32,000 bases of DNA from an uncultured Candidatus Saccharibacteria bacterium (GTDB lineage: Bacteria > Patescibacteriota > UBA1384 > XYA2-FULL-43-10 > 1-14-0-10-43-13): contig CAZIYE010000001.1 in NCBI GenBank assembly GCA_964543385.1, positions 510,001 to 542,000 on the forward strand, written 5' to 3'. The translations under genes were made by a program, and so were the position numbers. Below are positions 8,141 through 15,972 of this stretch, piece by piece. Under the pieces are notes generated by a model. That model did not search any database, was not told the origin of the DNA, and worked only from the letters and a program-made list of their open reading frames with translations. How positions within the stretch are numbered: the first letter of the stretch is position 1; every line of letters begins with the position of its first letter.

Positions 8141-9364
8141 ATGATGAAAAACAAAGCAATCAAAATATTGGCTATAGAGACTAGCTGTGACGAGACGGCA
8201 GCAGCGGTGATAAGAGAGAATGAGGGGGAGCCAGTTATTTTATCGAACGTGGTCTCTTCGCAGATTGATCTTCATGCTAAAACTGGTGGTGTTGTCCCAG
8301 AGGTTGCAAGCCGAGCCCATATGGAAGCGATAATGCCTGTGATTGCCGAAGCATTCATTTCTGCTAATTCTTCCGAAAAGAGTTCCAACGGTGCTATTCC
8401 AACCCTCAACTCTAAGCTCTCAACTCTAAACTATAAGGAAACAATCGGATTGTTTCCTGATATTACTCACATAGCTGTTACTTCTGGTCCCGGTCTTATT
8501 GGTTCTCTCTTGGTCGGATTTAATGCTGCAAAGTCTCTATCCTATTCAAGAGACTTGCCAGTTATACCTGTCAACCATATAGAGGGTCATATATACTCAG
8601 TTTTTGGTCAATTACAAAATGGTCAAGCATTCCCAATATTGGCTCTTACTGTTTCTGGTGGCCATACGTCTCTTAATTTGATGAAGGGTCATGGTGAATA
8701 TGAATCTATAGGAGATACTTTAGATGATGCGGTCGGCGAAGCTTACGATAAAGTAGGAAAGCTTTTAGGACTAGGCTATCCAGGAGGGCCGGCGATTTCT
8801 AAACTCGCTCAAGAGTTTAGAAACAGATTTAGCAATTTAGCAATTGGTTCATTTAATAATTTAATGAATAAATATCCAAATGGACAAATAGCCAAATCAC
8901 GATCTTTGATCGTGTTTCCTCGTCCAATCATAAATGATGGGACATTTAATTTCTCCTTTTCGGGTTTAAAGACAGCAGTTCTATCGGAAGTAAAGAAAAA
9001 TATTACAAAATATAATGTTGAAAATTCAGAAAACATTCCCGAAAATGTCAAAGAAGAAATAGCTTTTGCTTTTGAAGAAGCAGTTGCTGACGTGCTAGCA
9101 GCAAAAACAGTCAAGGCAGTCCTTAAATTTAACCCAAAGACAGTGATTTTTGCTGGCGGTGTCTCCGCGAATATTTATTTGCAAGATAAAATCAGAAATG
9201 CGGTTGTGGGTTGTCAGCTATCTATTGATTTTCTAACCCCGCCTAGAGCATTAACTGGGGATAACGCTGCGATGATTGGTATTGCCGCCTTTTATCATAT
9301 TAAAAGAGGTAACATCAAAAGTTGGGATAAAATTACGGTTGATTCAAATTGGGAGTTGAATTAA
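8141..9364 (+). CDS. tsaD: tRNA N6-adenosine threonylcarbamoyltransferase TsaD
   Basis: 407 aa; ILAIETSCDETAAAVI, GGVVPEVASRAHMEAI, VTSGPGLIGSLLVGFNAAKSLS, NHIEGHIYS, LTVSGGHTSL, GDTLDDAVGEAYDKVGKLLGLGYPGGP, FSFSGLKTAVL, FAGGVSANIYL, TGDNAAMIG. Confidence 0.97.
   Translation: MMKNKAIKILAIETSCDETAAAVIRENEGEPVILSNVVSSQIDLHAKTGGVVPEVASRAHMEAIMPVIAEAFISANSSEKSSNGAIPTLNSKLSTLNYKETIGLFPDITHIAVTSGPGLIGSLLVGFNAAKSLSYSRDLPVIPVNHIEGHIYSVFGQLQNGQAFPILALTVSGGHTSLNLMKGHGEYESIGDTLDDAVGEAYDKVGKLLGLGYPGGPAISKLAQEFRNRFSNLAIGSFNNLMNKYPNGQIAKSRSLIVFPRPIINDGTFNFSFSGLKTAVLSEVKKNITKYNVENSENIPENVKEEIAFAFEEAVADVLAAKTVKAVLKFNPKTVIFAGGVSANIYLQDKIRNAVVGCQLSIDFLTPPRALTGDNAAMIGIAAFYHIKRGNIKSWDKITVDSNWELN
8403..8437 (+). 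repeat. 7-bp-period tandem array inside tsaD
   Basis: CCCTCAA CTCTAAG CTCTCAA CTCTAAA CTATAAG, five heptads; encodes TLNSKLSTLNYK in frame. Confidence 0.85.
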
Positions 9365-9459
9365 AGATGGTTTTGGAATTATTACCTTACTTTATATAAT
9401 ATTTCATATCCGGTAAAATTATAAATTAATAATTCTATAACATTAAATTAAAAGGTATT

Positions 9460-10089
9460 ATGGTCACCACTATCATTGATTTTTTAGCAAATGTTGTTGT
9501 TTCGACAATCGATTTTACAGGCTATTTTGGAGTTTTCTTTCTGATGCTTGTAGAAAGTTGCGGCATCCCGATGCCCTCGGAGGTGATCATGCCATTTTCG
9601 GGTTTTTTGGTGGCTGATGGGCGAATGTCTTTTTGGTTAATCGTGTTGGCTGGTACTTTTGGTAATCTCGTTGGCTCGTGGCTAGGCTATTGGATAGGAG
9701 CAAAGGGAGGGAGACCTCTTATCGAAAAATATGGCAAATATATCCTTATCTCTAAGCATGATCTAGATTTAGCTGATAAGTGGTTCTCTAAATATGGAGA
9801 GTGGACGGTTTTCTTTGGCCGTCTATTGCCTGTGATTCGTACTTATATCTCTTTCCCAGCGGGGATCGCCAAGATGAATTTTAAGACTTTTTCTGTTTAT
9901 ACCTTCTGGGGAGCATTACCTTGGACAGCACTTTTCGCTTGGCTTGGTGTGAAGATGGGTGCAAACTGGGAGATGATCCGCCAAAAGCTCCATACGTTTG
10001 ATATGTCGATTGCCGTGCTAGTGGTCGTTTGCTTAGTACTATATATTTGGAGACATATCAGAATAATCCAAAAAGAGAAGTCTCAATAA
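9460..10089 (+). CDS. DedA-family (SNARE-associated/VTT) membrane protein
   Basis: 209 aa; ESCGIPMPSEVIMPFSGFLV, GNLVGSWLGYWIGAKGG, FFGRLLPVIRTYISFPAGIAKMNFKTFSVYTFWGALPWTALFAWLG. Confidence 0.95.
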   Translation: MVTTIIDFLANVVVSTIDFTGYFGVFFLMLVESCGIPMPSEVIMPFSGFLVADGRMSFWLIVLAGTFGNLVGSWLGYWIGAKGGRPLIEKYGKYILISKHDLDLADKWFSKYGEWTVFFGRLLPVIRTYISFPAGIAKMNFKTFSVYTFWGALPWTALFAWLGVKMGANWEMIRQKLHTFDMSIAVLVVVCLVLYIWRHIRIIQKEKSQ

Positions 10090-10112
10090 TGATCATAAAT
10101 ATGTGAGAGATA

Positions 10113-10150
10113 ATAAAAATAACCCTTGATCTATCAAGGGTTATTTTTAT
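10113..10150. terminator. Bidirectional terminator-like hairpin between convergent genes
   Basis: ATAAAAATAACCCTTGAT / CT / ATCAAGGGTTATTTTTAT: perfect 18-bp inverted repeat, AT-rich outer arms giving U-tracts on both strands; located between the + strand dedA-like gene and the - strand Phd-like gene. Confidence 0.88.
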
Positions 10151-10151
10151 G

Positions 10152-10889
10152 TTAGAGCTGGGTTGTTGTGGGTGGGATAGGAGATTGGACGGGAGCAGCT
10201 GGATTTACCGGAGGATTTGTTGTGGTTATAGATGGTACAGGCTGGCTATCGATTTGTGCCGGGGGTGTGACCACTGTTGGTTCTACACCGGTAGTAGGAG
10301 CTAAGGGATTAGTATCAATAACAGGGGCAGGAGACATAGCAGGAGTTGGGGAAAACGATGGTGCTATTGTCTGCTCAGCGATTGGGGTTTCTGGTGCGAA
10401 GAGATCGTCAAGACCATCATCGACTATTGGACTTGTCTTAATTTCTGGTACAGATAAATCCTCCTGTGGCGGTTGGATCGTTGTTACTATTGGAGTCTCT
10501 GGCATAGTAGCATTATTTGTACTTGTTTCTATGTCGGCATGGGGCGTCAAGAGTGTAGTATCGTTGGTCGATGTATCTGAAATAGTTGTGTTTGATGTGT
10601 CGGTAGTAACACTTGATGAGCTTGTGGACACATCCAGTGGATTGCTATCTTTATTAACTATTGGATCATCATTTTTAACATCATCCTCAACATCTTCGGG
10701 GATAATCATTTTATGGTCTATGCCAGTAAGCTTCTCGAGATGGTGCACCCCTACAATTATTGCAGCCGGTTTACCATTCTTTGTTATTACATAAAGATCC
10801 TCACTGTCGGTGACAGCATCTATTATTTTATTTAAAGAATCTCTTACTTCCGTAATAGGCAATATTTTTTCGACATCCACGTCCAACAT
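10152..10889 (-). CDS. Phd/YefM antitoxin-domain protein with long Pro/Thr/Ser-rich C-terminal tail
   Basis: 245 aa; N-terminus KILPITEVRDSLNKIIDAVTDSEDLYVITKNGKPAAIIVGVHHLEKL is Phd/YefM-like; residues from about 75 onward are low complexity (TTSTSSS..., TPAMSPAPVIDTNPLAPTTGVEPTVVTPPAQIDSQPVPSITTTNPPVNPAAPVQSPIPPTTTQL). Confidence 0.82.
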   Translation of the reverse strand: MLDVDVEKILPITEVRDSLNKIIDAVTDSEDLYVITKNGKPAAIIVGVHHLEKLTGIDHKMIIPEDVEDDVKNDDPIVNKDSNPLDVSTSSSSVTTDTSNTTISDTSTNDTTLLTPHADIETSTNNATMPETPIVTTIQPPQEDLSVPEIKTSPIVDDGLDDLFAPETPIAEQTIAPSFSPTPAMSPAPVIDTNPLAPTTGVEPTVVTPPAQIDSQPVPSITTTNPPVNPAAPVQSPIPPTTTQL

Positions 10890-10932
10890 AGAACCTCCAA
10901 GAGTTATTTATTTATCAATTGATCATTAAACC

Positions 10933-10974
10933 ATTTTTCATTAATTTGTCATTTATAATTTTACATTTATTTTA
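10933..10974 (+). repeat. Degenerate 7-bp-period array (left flank of second four-helix-bundle ORF)
   Basis: ATTTTTC ATTAATT TGTCATT TATAATT TTACATT TATTTTA; reverse complement gives AATGTAA AATTATA AATGACA AATTAAT, similar to the right-hand array. AT-rich, so periodicity is weaker evidence. Confidence 0.5.
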
Positions 10975-11006
10975 AAAATTAATAAATCCCTGATACAATT
11001 AAAGAA

Positions 11007-11366
11007 ATGAGCAGAGAACAAGAATTTGAAGATCGTCTGATAAATTTTTCACAAAGTACTCTCCTTTTATGTAGAAAAATACCCGAGACAACCATAACCA
11101 GGCCAATCATTACTCAATTGGTGAGATCAGCAACAAGTATAGGTGCAAATTATTGTGAAGCTAATAATGCCAGCTCCAAAAGAGACTTTAAGAATAAGAT
11201 TTTTATTTGCAAGAAAGAATCACAAGAAACTAAATATTGGCTCAAACTAGTATTATCATCTTCAAGTGAAGGAAAGGATGAAATAAATAAACTTATTCAA
11301 GAATGTCATGAGTTTTGCCTGATATTTCAAAAAATTGTCGCCACTATAGAAAATAATGGTAAATGA
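11007..11366 (+). CDS. Four-helix-bundle protein (S23-like family), second divergent copy
   Basis: 119 aa; FEDRLINFSQSTLLLCRKIPETTITRPIITQLVRSATSIGANYCEANNASSKRDFKNKIFICKKESQETKYWLKL, the family core. Confidence 0.9.
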   Translation: MSREQEFEDRLINFSQSTLLLCRKIPETTITRPIITQLVRSATSIGANYCEANNASSKRDFKNKIFICKKESQETKYWLKLVLSSSSEGKDEINKLIQECHEFCLIFQKIVATIENNGK

Positions 11367-11383
11367 ATAAAATATTTAAAATT

Positions 11384-11418
11384 AATGGGTAATGAAAAAT
11401 GAAAAATCAAAAATCAAA
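11384..11418 (+). repeat. 7-bp-period array (right flank), spanning the GtrA start codon
   Basis: AATGGGT AATGAAA AATGAAA AATCAAA AATCAAA, five heptads in register; encodes the GtrA N-terminus MKNQKSKE. Confidence 0.75.
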
Positions 11419-11845
11419 AGAGTCTCTGCTTCAATTTATAAAATTCGGCATTGTCGGAGTTGCGAATACTTGTGTTGACTGGATAGTTTTCTACATATTA
11501 GTTAACACAATCTTGGGTGAGCAAAGAACGATTGCCAAGGCTATTGCATTTATAGTTGCGGTATTAAATTCCTATATATTTAATACGATTTGGACCTTCA
11601 AAAAGGAGTATGCAAGTGCTGCTGGCAAATCCGGAGACTCTTCAGCTAAATCGGCGATTTTTGGCAAATTTATAATAGTTAGTTTGATTGGGTGGGCTGT
11701 AAATGTCTTTGTATTTAGTCAAGCTGCAAATCGTGTAGATATGGCTCTTTTTAATAAACCGGACTTATTACCTTTAATCTTTGCTTCCGGCGCTGCAATA
11801 CTTTGGAACTTCTTCGCGAATAAACTCTGGACTTACAAGAAGTAA
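11399..11845 (+). CDS. GtrA family membrane protein
   Basis: 148 aa; LLQFIKFGIVGVANTCVDWIVFYIL, AKAIAFIVAVLNSYIFNTIWTFK, ILWNFFANKLWTYKK. Confidence 0.93.
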   Translation: MKNQKSKESLLQFIKFGIVGVANTCVDWIVFYILVNTILGEQRTIAKAIAFIVAVLNSYIFNTIWTFKKEYASAAGKSGDSSAKSAIFGKFIIVSLIGWAVNVFVFSQAANRVDMALFNKPDLLPLIFASGAAILWNFFANKLWTYKK

Positions 11846-11998
11846 TTGCTTAAATTATCTTGTCCAGTAAGGACAAATTTATATTGACAAGTGTGGCATC
11901 TTTGCAGGATTTAACAATTTAAATTATAATTTAAACCAAGGCCAAAGGCCATATTCTATTTTACTTATAAACATAAAAAATATAATTTGGAGGAGGAC

Positions 11999-13723
11999 AT
12001 GAACTCAAAGAAGATACTCGCCGGTGTTCTGGCGGTGGCTGTCCTGGCTACAAGTGGTGGTATATACTACTACAAAGCCAAGACCAAGGCAGACACAGCC
12101 GAGACTCTCGCTGGTACTAGACTGCAGATGGTGGACACAGCCGGTGCAGTTGTAAAGCAAAATGTGCCATTGGAGCTTAGTTTCAAGGCTACTGTTCGGG
12201 TCTGTAAAGTGACAAGAGTAATTTTTAAGATCTCCACTTGTAAGTGGGAAGACAGAAATTTTAAAAGGGTTGCTCTTACTAGTAACGAAGGTACCTATAG
12301 TGTTGGGACAGAATCTTATCGTCCTCTAACTCCTGCTGAGGCAAAAATTGTTGTTCAAAACTTAGCCGCAGAAAAAGCAGGTAGAGCATTATTACCAGAT
12401 GAAGCAGCTAGACTTGACCGTGTTACATTAGCTGCCGCAGGGATTGCCAATCCAACCAATGCACAAGTAGAGGGCATGGTTAGCGAGGCTTTTAAAGACT
12501 ATACCCCTCCTGCAACTGACGAAGAGGCAACTATCTCTTCCAGTCGTCCGTTTGGTAATTTGGTTAGTACTGCCCTCACTCTAGGAGCATCAGTTGCTGC
12601 TGTCAGTGCTGCAACTATATATGGTGCCAATCTCACTGGTGATTTTGGTGCAAACGGTGCTAAAGGTAGTCTTAAAACTGCTCTTTCACCGAGCACATCT
12701 GTCACTGCTGCTGGTGAATTTGCTGCCAAAGGTGTTAGTGGTCTTGCCGGACAAGCTGCAAATGTTGCTGGTCAAACATTAAATACCCTAACACATGGTG
12801 CTAAATGGTTGTTTACTACCCCTACGGGCTGGGCTGTTTTGGCTGGAGTAATCTTGCTTTCATCCATCTCAACAAAGACAACTGAGAAATGGTTTACCTT
12901 GCTATCTGTTGATGTAAAAACTGCCGGTGATTTCTACACAGGAGGTCCTTTGACTCTTTATTATCAAACCGACAAGGATACTACTAGCAATCAGTATAAG
13001 AAGAGTGAAAACTTTGCGATAGATCTAAATGATTTTGACCAGGCTTTCTATGGTCAAGCTGCTGATCAGCTGTATAACAAATTCATAACTTCAAATACAG
13101 CGCTTACAGATGCAAGCAAGGAAAATTATAAGAATTTGCTCGCTGCTAATATAAAATACATGCTTTATGCACGGTTGCATGGGTATTCGGAAGCAAATAA
13201 TGACAAGACAATTAGCGAGTTGATTGCCAAGTTAACGAATCAACAAGTAGCTACCGATACTAATTATGCTGATGCTACAAATCTACTAACCAATGGTGGC
13301 TTTGAGAATGGTATCGATGGTTGGCAGACAAGAAATGATAAGGGCGGCGCTGAGACAGTAACCGCATCAAACTCGGTAGTCACATGTCCTGCTGGTGCAA
13401 AATGTCTAAAAATGACTAACTCTGGCAAGGGTTGGCAAGCCGCTCAACAGAAACTTACCTTGGAAAAAGGTGTTTATAGAATTTCCGTTAAGTTCAAAAC
13501 TGGTGAGGGCAAGGCACGTGGTATCGTAAACCTTCACGATCATACTACTGAAGTAGCAAACCAAGTAATGTCTGAGGGATCATCCACAGAGTGGAAGACA
13601 GTGGGTTCTGAGATTGAGATAACCGATCCTAGTCACAACTACTGGCTCTATATCTACAATGATCCGGGTAATATTACAGATACTATCTACTATGATACTA
13701 TCTCTCTGCAGAAGATCAGATAG
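11999..13723 (+). CDS. Exported/membrane-anchored protein with C-terminal carbohydrate-binding-module-like domain
   Basis: Tracked ORF begins at TTG 11987, but that lies within the RBS GGAGGAGG; ATG at 11999 follows directly. N-terminus MNSKKILAGVLAVAVLATSGGIYYYKAK; C-terminus NLLTNGGFENGIDGWQTRNDKGG...YRISVKFKTGEGKARGIVNLHDH...YWLYIYNDPGNITDTIYYDTISLQKIR fits a CBM4/9-like jelly roll. Confidence 0.88.
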   Translation: MNSKKILAGVLAVAVLATSGGIYYYKAKTKADTAETLAGTRLQMVDTAGAVVKQNVPLELSFKATVRVCKVTRVIFKISTCKWEDRNFKRVALTSNEGTYSVGTESYRPLTPAEAKIVVQNLAAEKAGRALLPDEAARLDRVTLAAAGIANPTNAQVEGMVSEAFKDYTPPATDEEATISSSRPFGNLVSTALTLGASVAAVSAATIYGANLTGDFGANGAKGSLKTALSPSTSVTAAGEFAAKGVSGLAGQAANVAGQTLNTLTHGAKWLFTTPTGWAVLAGVILLSSISTKTTEKWFTLLSVDVKTAGDFYTGGPLTLYYQTDKDTTSNQYKKSENFAIDLNDFDQAFYGQAADQLYNKFITSNTALTDASKENYKNLLAANIKYMLYARLHGYSEANNDKTISELIAKLTNQQVATDTNYADATNLLTNGGFENGIDGWQTRNDKGGAETVTASNSVVTCPAGAKCLKMTNSGKGWQAAQQKLTLEKGVYRISVKFKTGEGKARGIVNLHDHTTEVANQVMSEGSSTEWKTVGSEIEITDPSHNYWLYIYNDPGNITDTIYYDTISLQKIR

Positions 13724-13740
13724 TCCTAGATAGGGCTCTA

Positions 13741-13784
13741 AATAATAAAATGCACCCTAAGTACTCGGGGTGCATTTTATTATT
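13741..13784 (+). terminator. Strong intrinsic-terminator-like hairpin
   Basis: AATAATAAAATGCACCC / TAAGTACTCG / GGGTGCATTTTATTATT: perfect 17-bp arms, 10-nt loop, immediately downstream of the 11999-13723 CDS. Confidence 0.88.
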
Positions 13785-13805
13785 ACCTAAGCTATTCCTC
13801 TTAGC

Positions 13806-13834
13806 TTGAGTTTTGGAGGTATTTGTCTTATTAT
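13806..13834 (+). promoter_or_regulatory. Possible sigma70-type promoter for the wzm/wzt operon
   Basis: TTGAGT (13806-13811), 17-nt spacer, TATTAT (13829-13834), 34 nt upstream of the wzm ATG and just after the terminator. Confidence 0.4.
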
Positions 13835-13867
13835 AAGAAATAGAAATATTAAATATGTAGCAATTTT

Positions 13868-14704
13868 ATGGCAACTGCTGATAAATTCTCTTATGAAATA
13901 ACACCACCAAAAAAGCTGGTAAATATAAATTTACCAGAGATTTGGCGTTTTCGTGACCTGCTTTATATATTCGTCTGGCGCGATGTAAAGGTACGCTACA
14001 AACAAACTGCCATCGGTGTTGTATGGGCGATATTTCAGCCACTTTTCACTATGCTGATATTTACTGTATTTTTTGGCAAATTGGCGAAGATGCCCTCTGA
14101 TGGAGTGCCATATCCAATATTTGTCTATGCCGGTCTTCTTCTGTGGAATTATTTCTCAAGTGCGCTAACCAATGCTAGCGATTCGCTGGTGGCGAATGAG
14201 AGTATAGTCAAAAAAGTTTATTTCCCGAGATTAATTCTGCCTCTTTCAACTACTGTCACTCCAGTTCTTGATTTCCTCTTGGCCCTAGTAGTACTTTTTG
14301 GATTAATGGCTTTTTACCATTTCACGCCAAGTATTTTAGGTATAATTCTATTACCTTTTCTCCTGCTTATCTCTTTATTAAGCGCTTGGGGTCTAGGCAT
14401 ATTCCTTGCTTCAGTAAATGTAAAATATCGAGATGTGAGACATGCATTACCTTTTTTCATCCAGCTAATGCTTTTCTTAACACCAGTGATATATCCAGTT
14501 AGTTTGATACCGTCAGGCTATCAGTGGATAGTCTACTTAAATCCAATGTCTGGTGTAATCCAAACGGCAAGATCTTCACTTCTTGGGAGTAGTCCTGTTG
14601 ATTGGAACATACTATTAATATCATTAGCTATCAGCTTAATATTTGTCTATGGCGGCATATATTATTTTAGAAAAACAGAACGCTTTTTTGCGGACATATT
14701 ATAA
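13868..14704 (+). CDS. wzm: ABC-2 type polysaccharide exporter permease (Wzm/TagG-like)
   Basis: 278 aa; LRDLLYIFVWRDVKVRYKQTAIGVVWAIFQPLFTMLIFTVFFG, NVKYRDVRHALPFFIQLMLFLTPVIYP, NPMSGVIQTARSSLLG. Confidence 0.96.
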   Translation: MATADKFSYEITPPKKLVNINLPEIWRFRDLLYIFVWRDVKVRYKQTAIGVVWAIFQPLFTMLIFTVFFGKLAKMPSDGVPYPIFVYAGLLLWNYFSSALTNASDSLVANESIVKKVYFPRLILPLSTTVTPVLDFLLALVVLFGLMAFYHFTPSILGIILLPFLLLISLLSAWGLGIFLASVNVKYRDVRHALPFFIQLMLFLTPVIYPVSLIPSGYQWIVYLNPMSGVIQTARSSLLGSSPVDWNILLISLAISLIFVYGGIYYFRKTERFFADIL

Positions 14705-14712
14705 ACAACACA

Positions 14713-15945
14713 ATGACACAACCAATTATAAAAATTGAAAATATCAGCAAGAAATATAGTATCGGACATAAAGAACCATACTATTCTCTCCGTGACCAAA
14801 TATCAGGACTTTTCTCTGGAAAAAAAGAGAAGAAAAACGAAGAATTTTGGGCACTTCGAGATATTGATTTTGAAATTGAACAGGGCGATACCATAGGTAT
14901 AGTAGGTAGAAATGGCGCCGGTAAAAGTACACTCTTGAAGATTCTTTCACAAATTACTCCTCCTACTACTGGAAAAATTACAATGGGTGGCAGGGTGGCC
15001 TCTCTGCTTGAAGTTGGGACAGGTTTTAATCCTGAGCTTACCGGACGTGAGAACATATTTCTAAATGGCGCTATCCTCGGGATGACCAGAAGTGAAATCA
15101 AACGAAAATTTGATGAAATTGTTGCATTCTCTGAGATTGAAAAGTTTTTAGATACACCAGTAAAGAGGTATTCAAGCGGAATGTATGTGAGGCTTGCCTT
15201 CGCAGTTGCAGCCCATCTGGAGCCAGAAATATTGATAGTTGATGAAGTGTTGGCTGTAGGCGATGCTCAATTTCAAAAGAAGTGTCTTGGTAAAATGTCA
15301 GAGGTTGGCAAGAGCGGCAGAACAGTTATATTTGTCAGTCATAACATGGCAGCAGTTAATGAATTGTGCTCAAAATCGGTCTTGTTGCATAAAGGAAAAA
15401 TGGTTAATTTTGGCGATACATCAAGCATCATTTCGGAATATTTAAAATCGCAAAATGTTACTTCCGAGGGATTGATAGAACTAACCGATAACAAACTTAG
15501 AAGAAATTCACTCGATGACAGCAATTTTAAATTTACAAAAATTGAGATCGTTAATTCAAAAGGTGAACATACCTCATCAATTGGCCTGAAAGAACCATTT
15601 AAGTTAGTTGTTCATGGGTTTATCGATAGAGAATTAAATGATTTAAGAATAGGCTTTAGCGTTGATTCATCTCTAGGTTTCCCGATTTTTAACTCACATA
15701 TGACTAAAGAAGAGTTGAATATTTCCGGCAAAGGAGAGGTTAAAATTGTTATAAGCTTTGGACAAAATCTGCTTGGGCCCGGTCAATATACTATAGGACT
15801 TGGTGCAAATGGTGAAAATGTAGTGGATTGGATCCCTGAGGCGGCCAATCTAAATATAGAGCAAATATCTTTGAACGGGGAGAGCGTCAAAAGTAATTTT
15901 GATGGGATTATTCTATACCCGTGCGATTGGTCTCTCGAGAAATAA
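14713..15945 (+). CDS. wzt: Polysaccharide ABC transporter ATPase with C-terminal Wzt_C-like domain
   Basis: 410 aa; Walker A GIVGRNGAGKSTLLKILSQ, GTGFNPELTGRENIFLNGAILG, RYSSGMYVRLAFAVAAHLEPEILIVDEVLAVGD; about 160-aa C-terminal beta-rich extension. Confidence 0.96.
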   Translation: MTQPIIKIENISKKYSIGHKEPYYSLRDQISGLFSGKKEKKNEEFWALRDIDFEIEQGDTIGIVGRNGAGKSTLLKILSQITPPTTGKITMGGRVASLLEVGTGFNPELTGRENIFLNGAILGMTRSEIKRKFDEIVAFSEIEKFLDTPVKRYSSGMYVRLAFAVAAHLEPEILIVDEVLAVGDAQFQKKCLGKMSEVGKSGRTVIFVSHNMAAVNELCSKSVLLHKGKMVNFGDTSSIISEYLKSQNVTSEGLIELTDNKLRRNSLDDSNFKFTKIEIVNSKGEHTSSIGLKEPFKLVVHGFIDRELNDLRIGFSVDSSLGFPIFNSHMTKEELNISGKGEVKIVISFGQNLLGPGQYTIGLGANGENVVDWIPEAANLNIEQISLNGESVKSNFDGIILYPCDWSLEK

Positions 15946-15972
15946 TTTTTTAAATTAATATTTAAACTATCA

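Noticed and set aside
10168-10794. 208-aa plus-strand ORF
   Set aside because: Antisense to the Phd/YefM-domain CDS. Gly/Val/Ser-rich composition is the mirror of the Pro/Thr tail; no RBS or family resemblance.
11987-11998. TTG at 11987 as the start of the CBM-domain protein
   Set aside because: The bases GGAGGAGG that would be translated are a near-ideal Shine-Dalgarno for the ATG at 11999.
12499-12782. Minor ORFs 12499..12729 (-) and 12594..12782 (+)
   Set aside because: Nested in the 11999-13723 CDS with biased composition and no independent support.
14744-15524. Antisense/alternate ORFs inside wzt (14744-14950, 14781-15101, 15263-15445, 15339-15524)
   Set aside because: Overlap fully conserved Wzt coding sequence.
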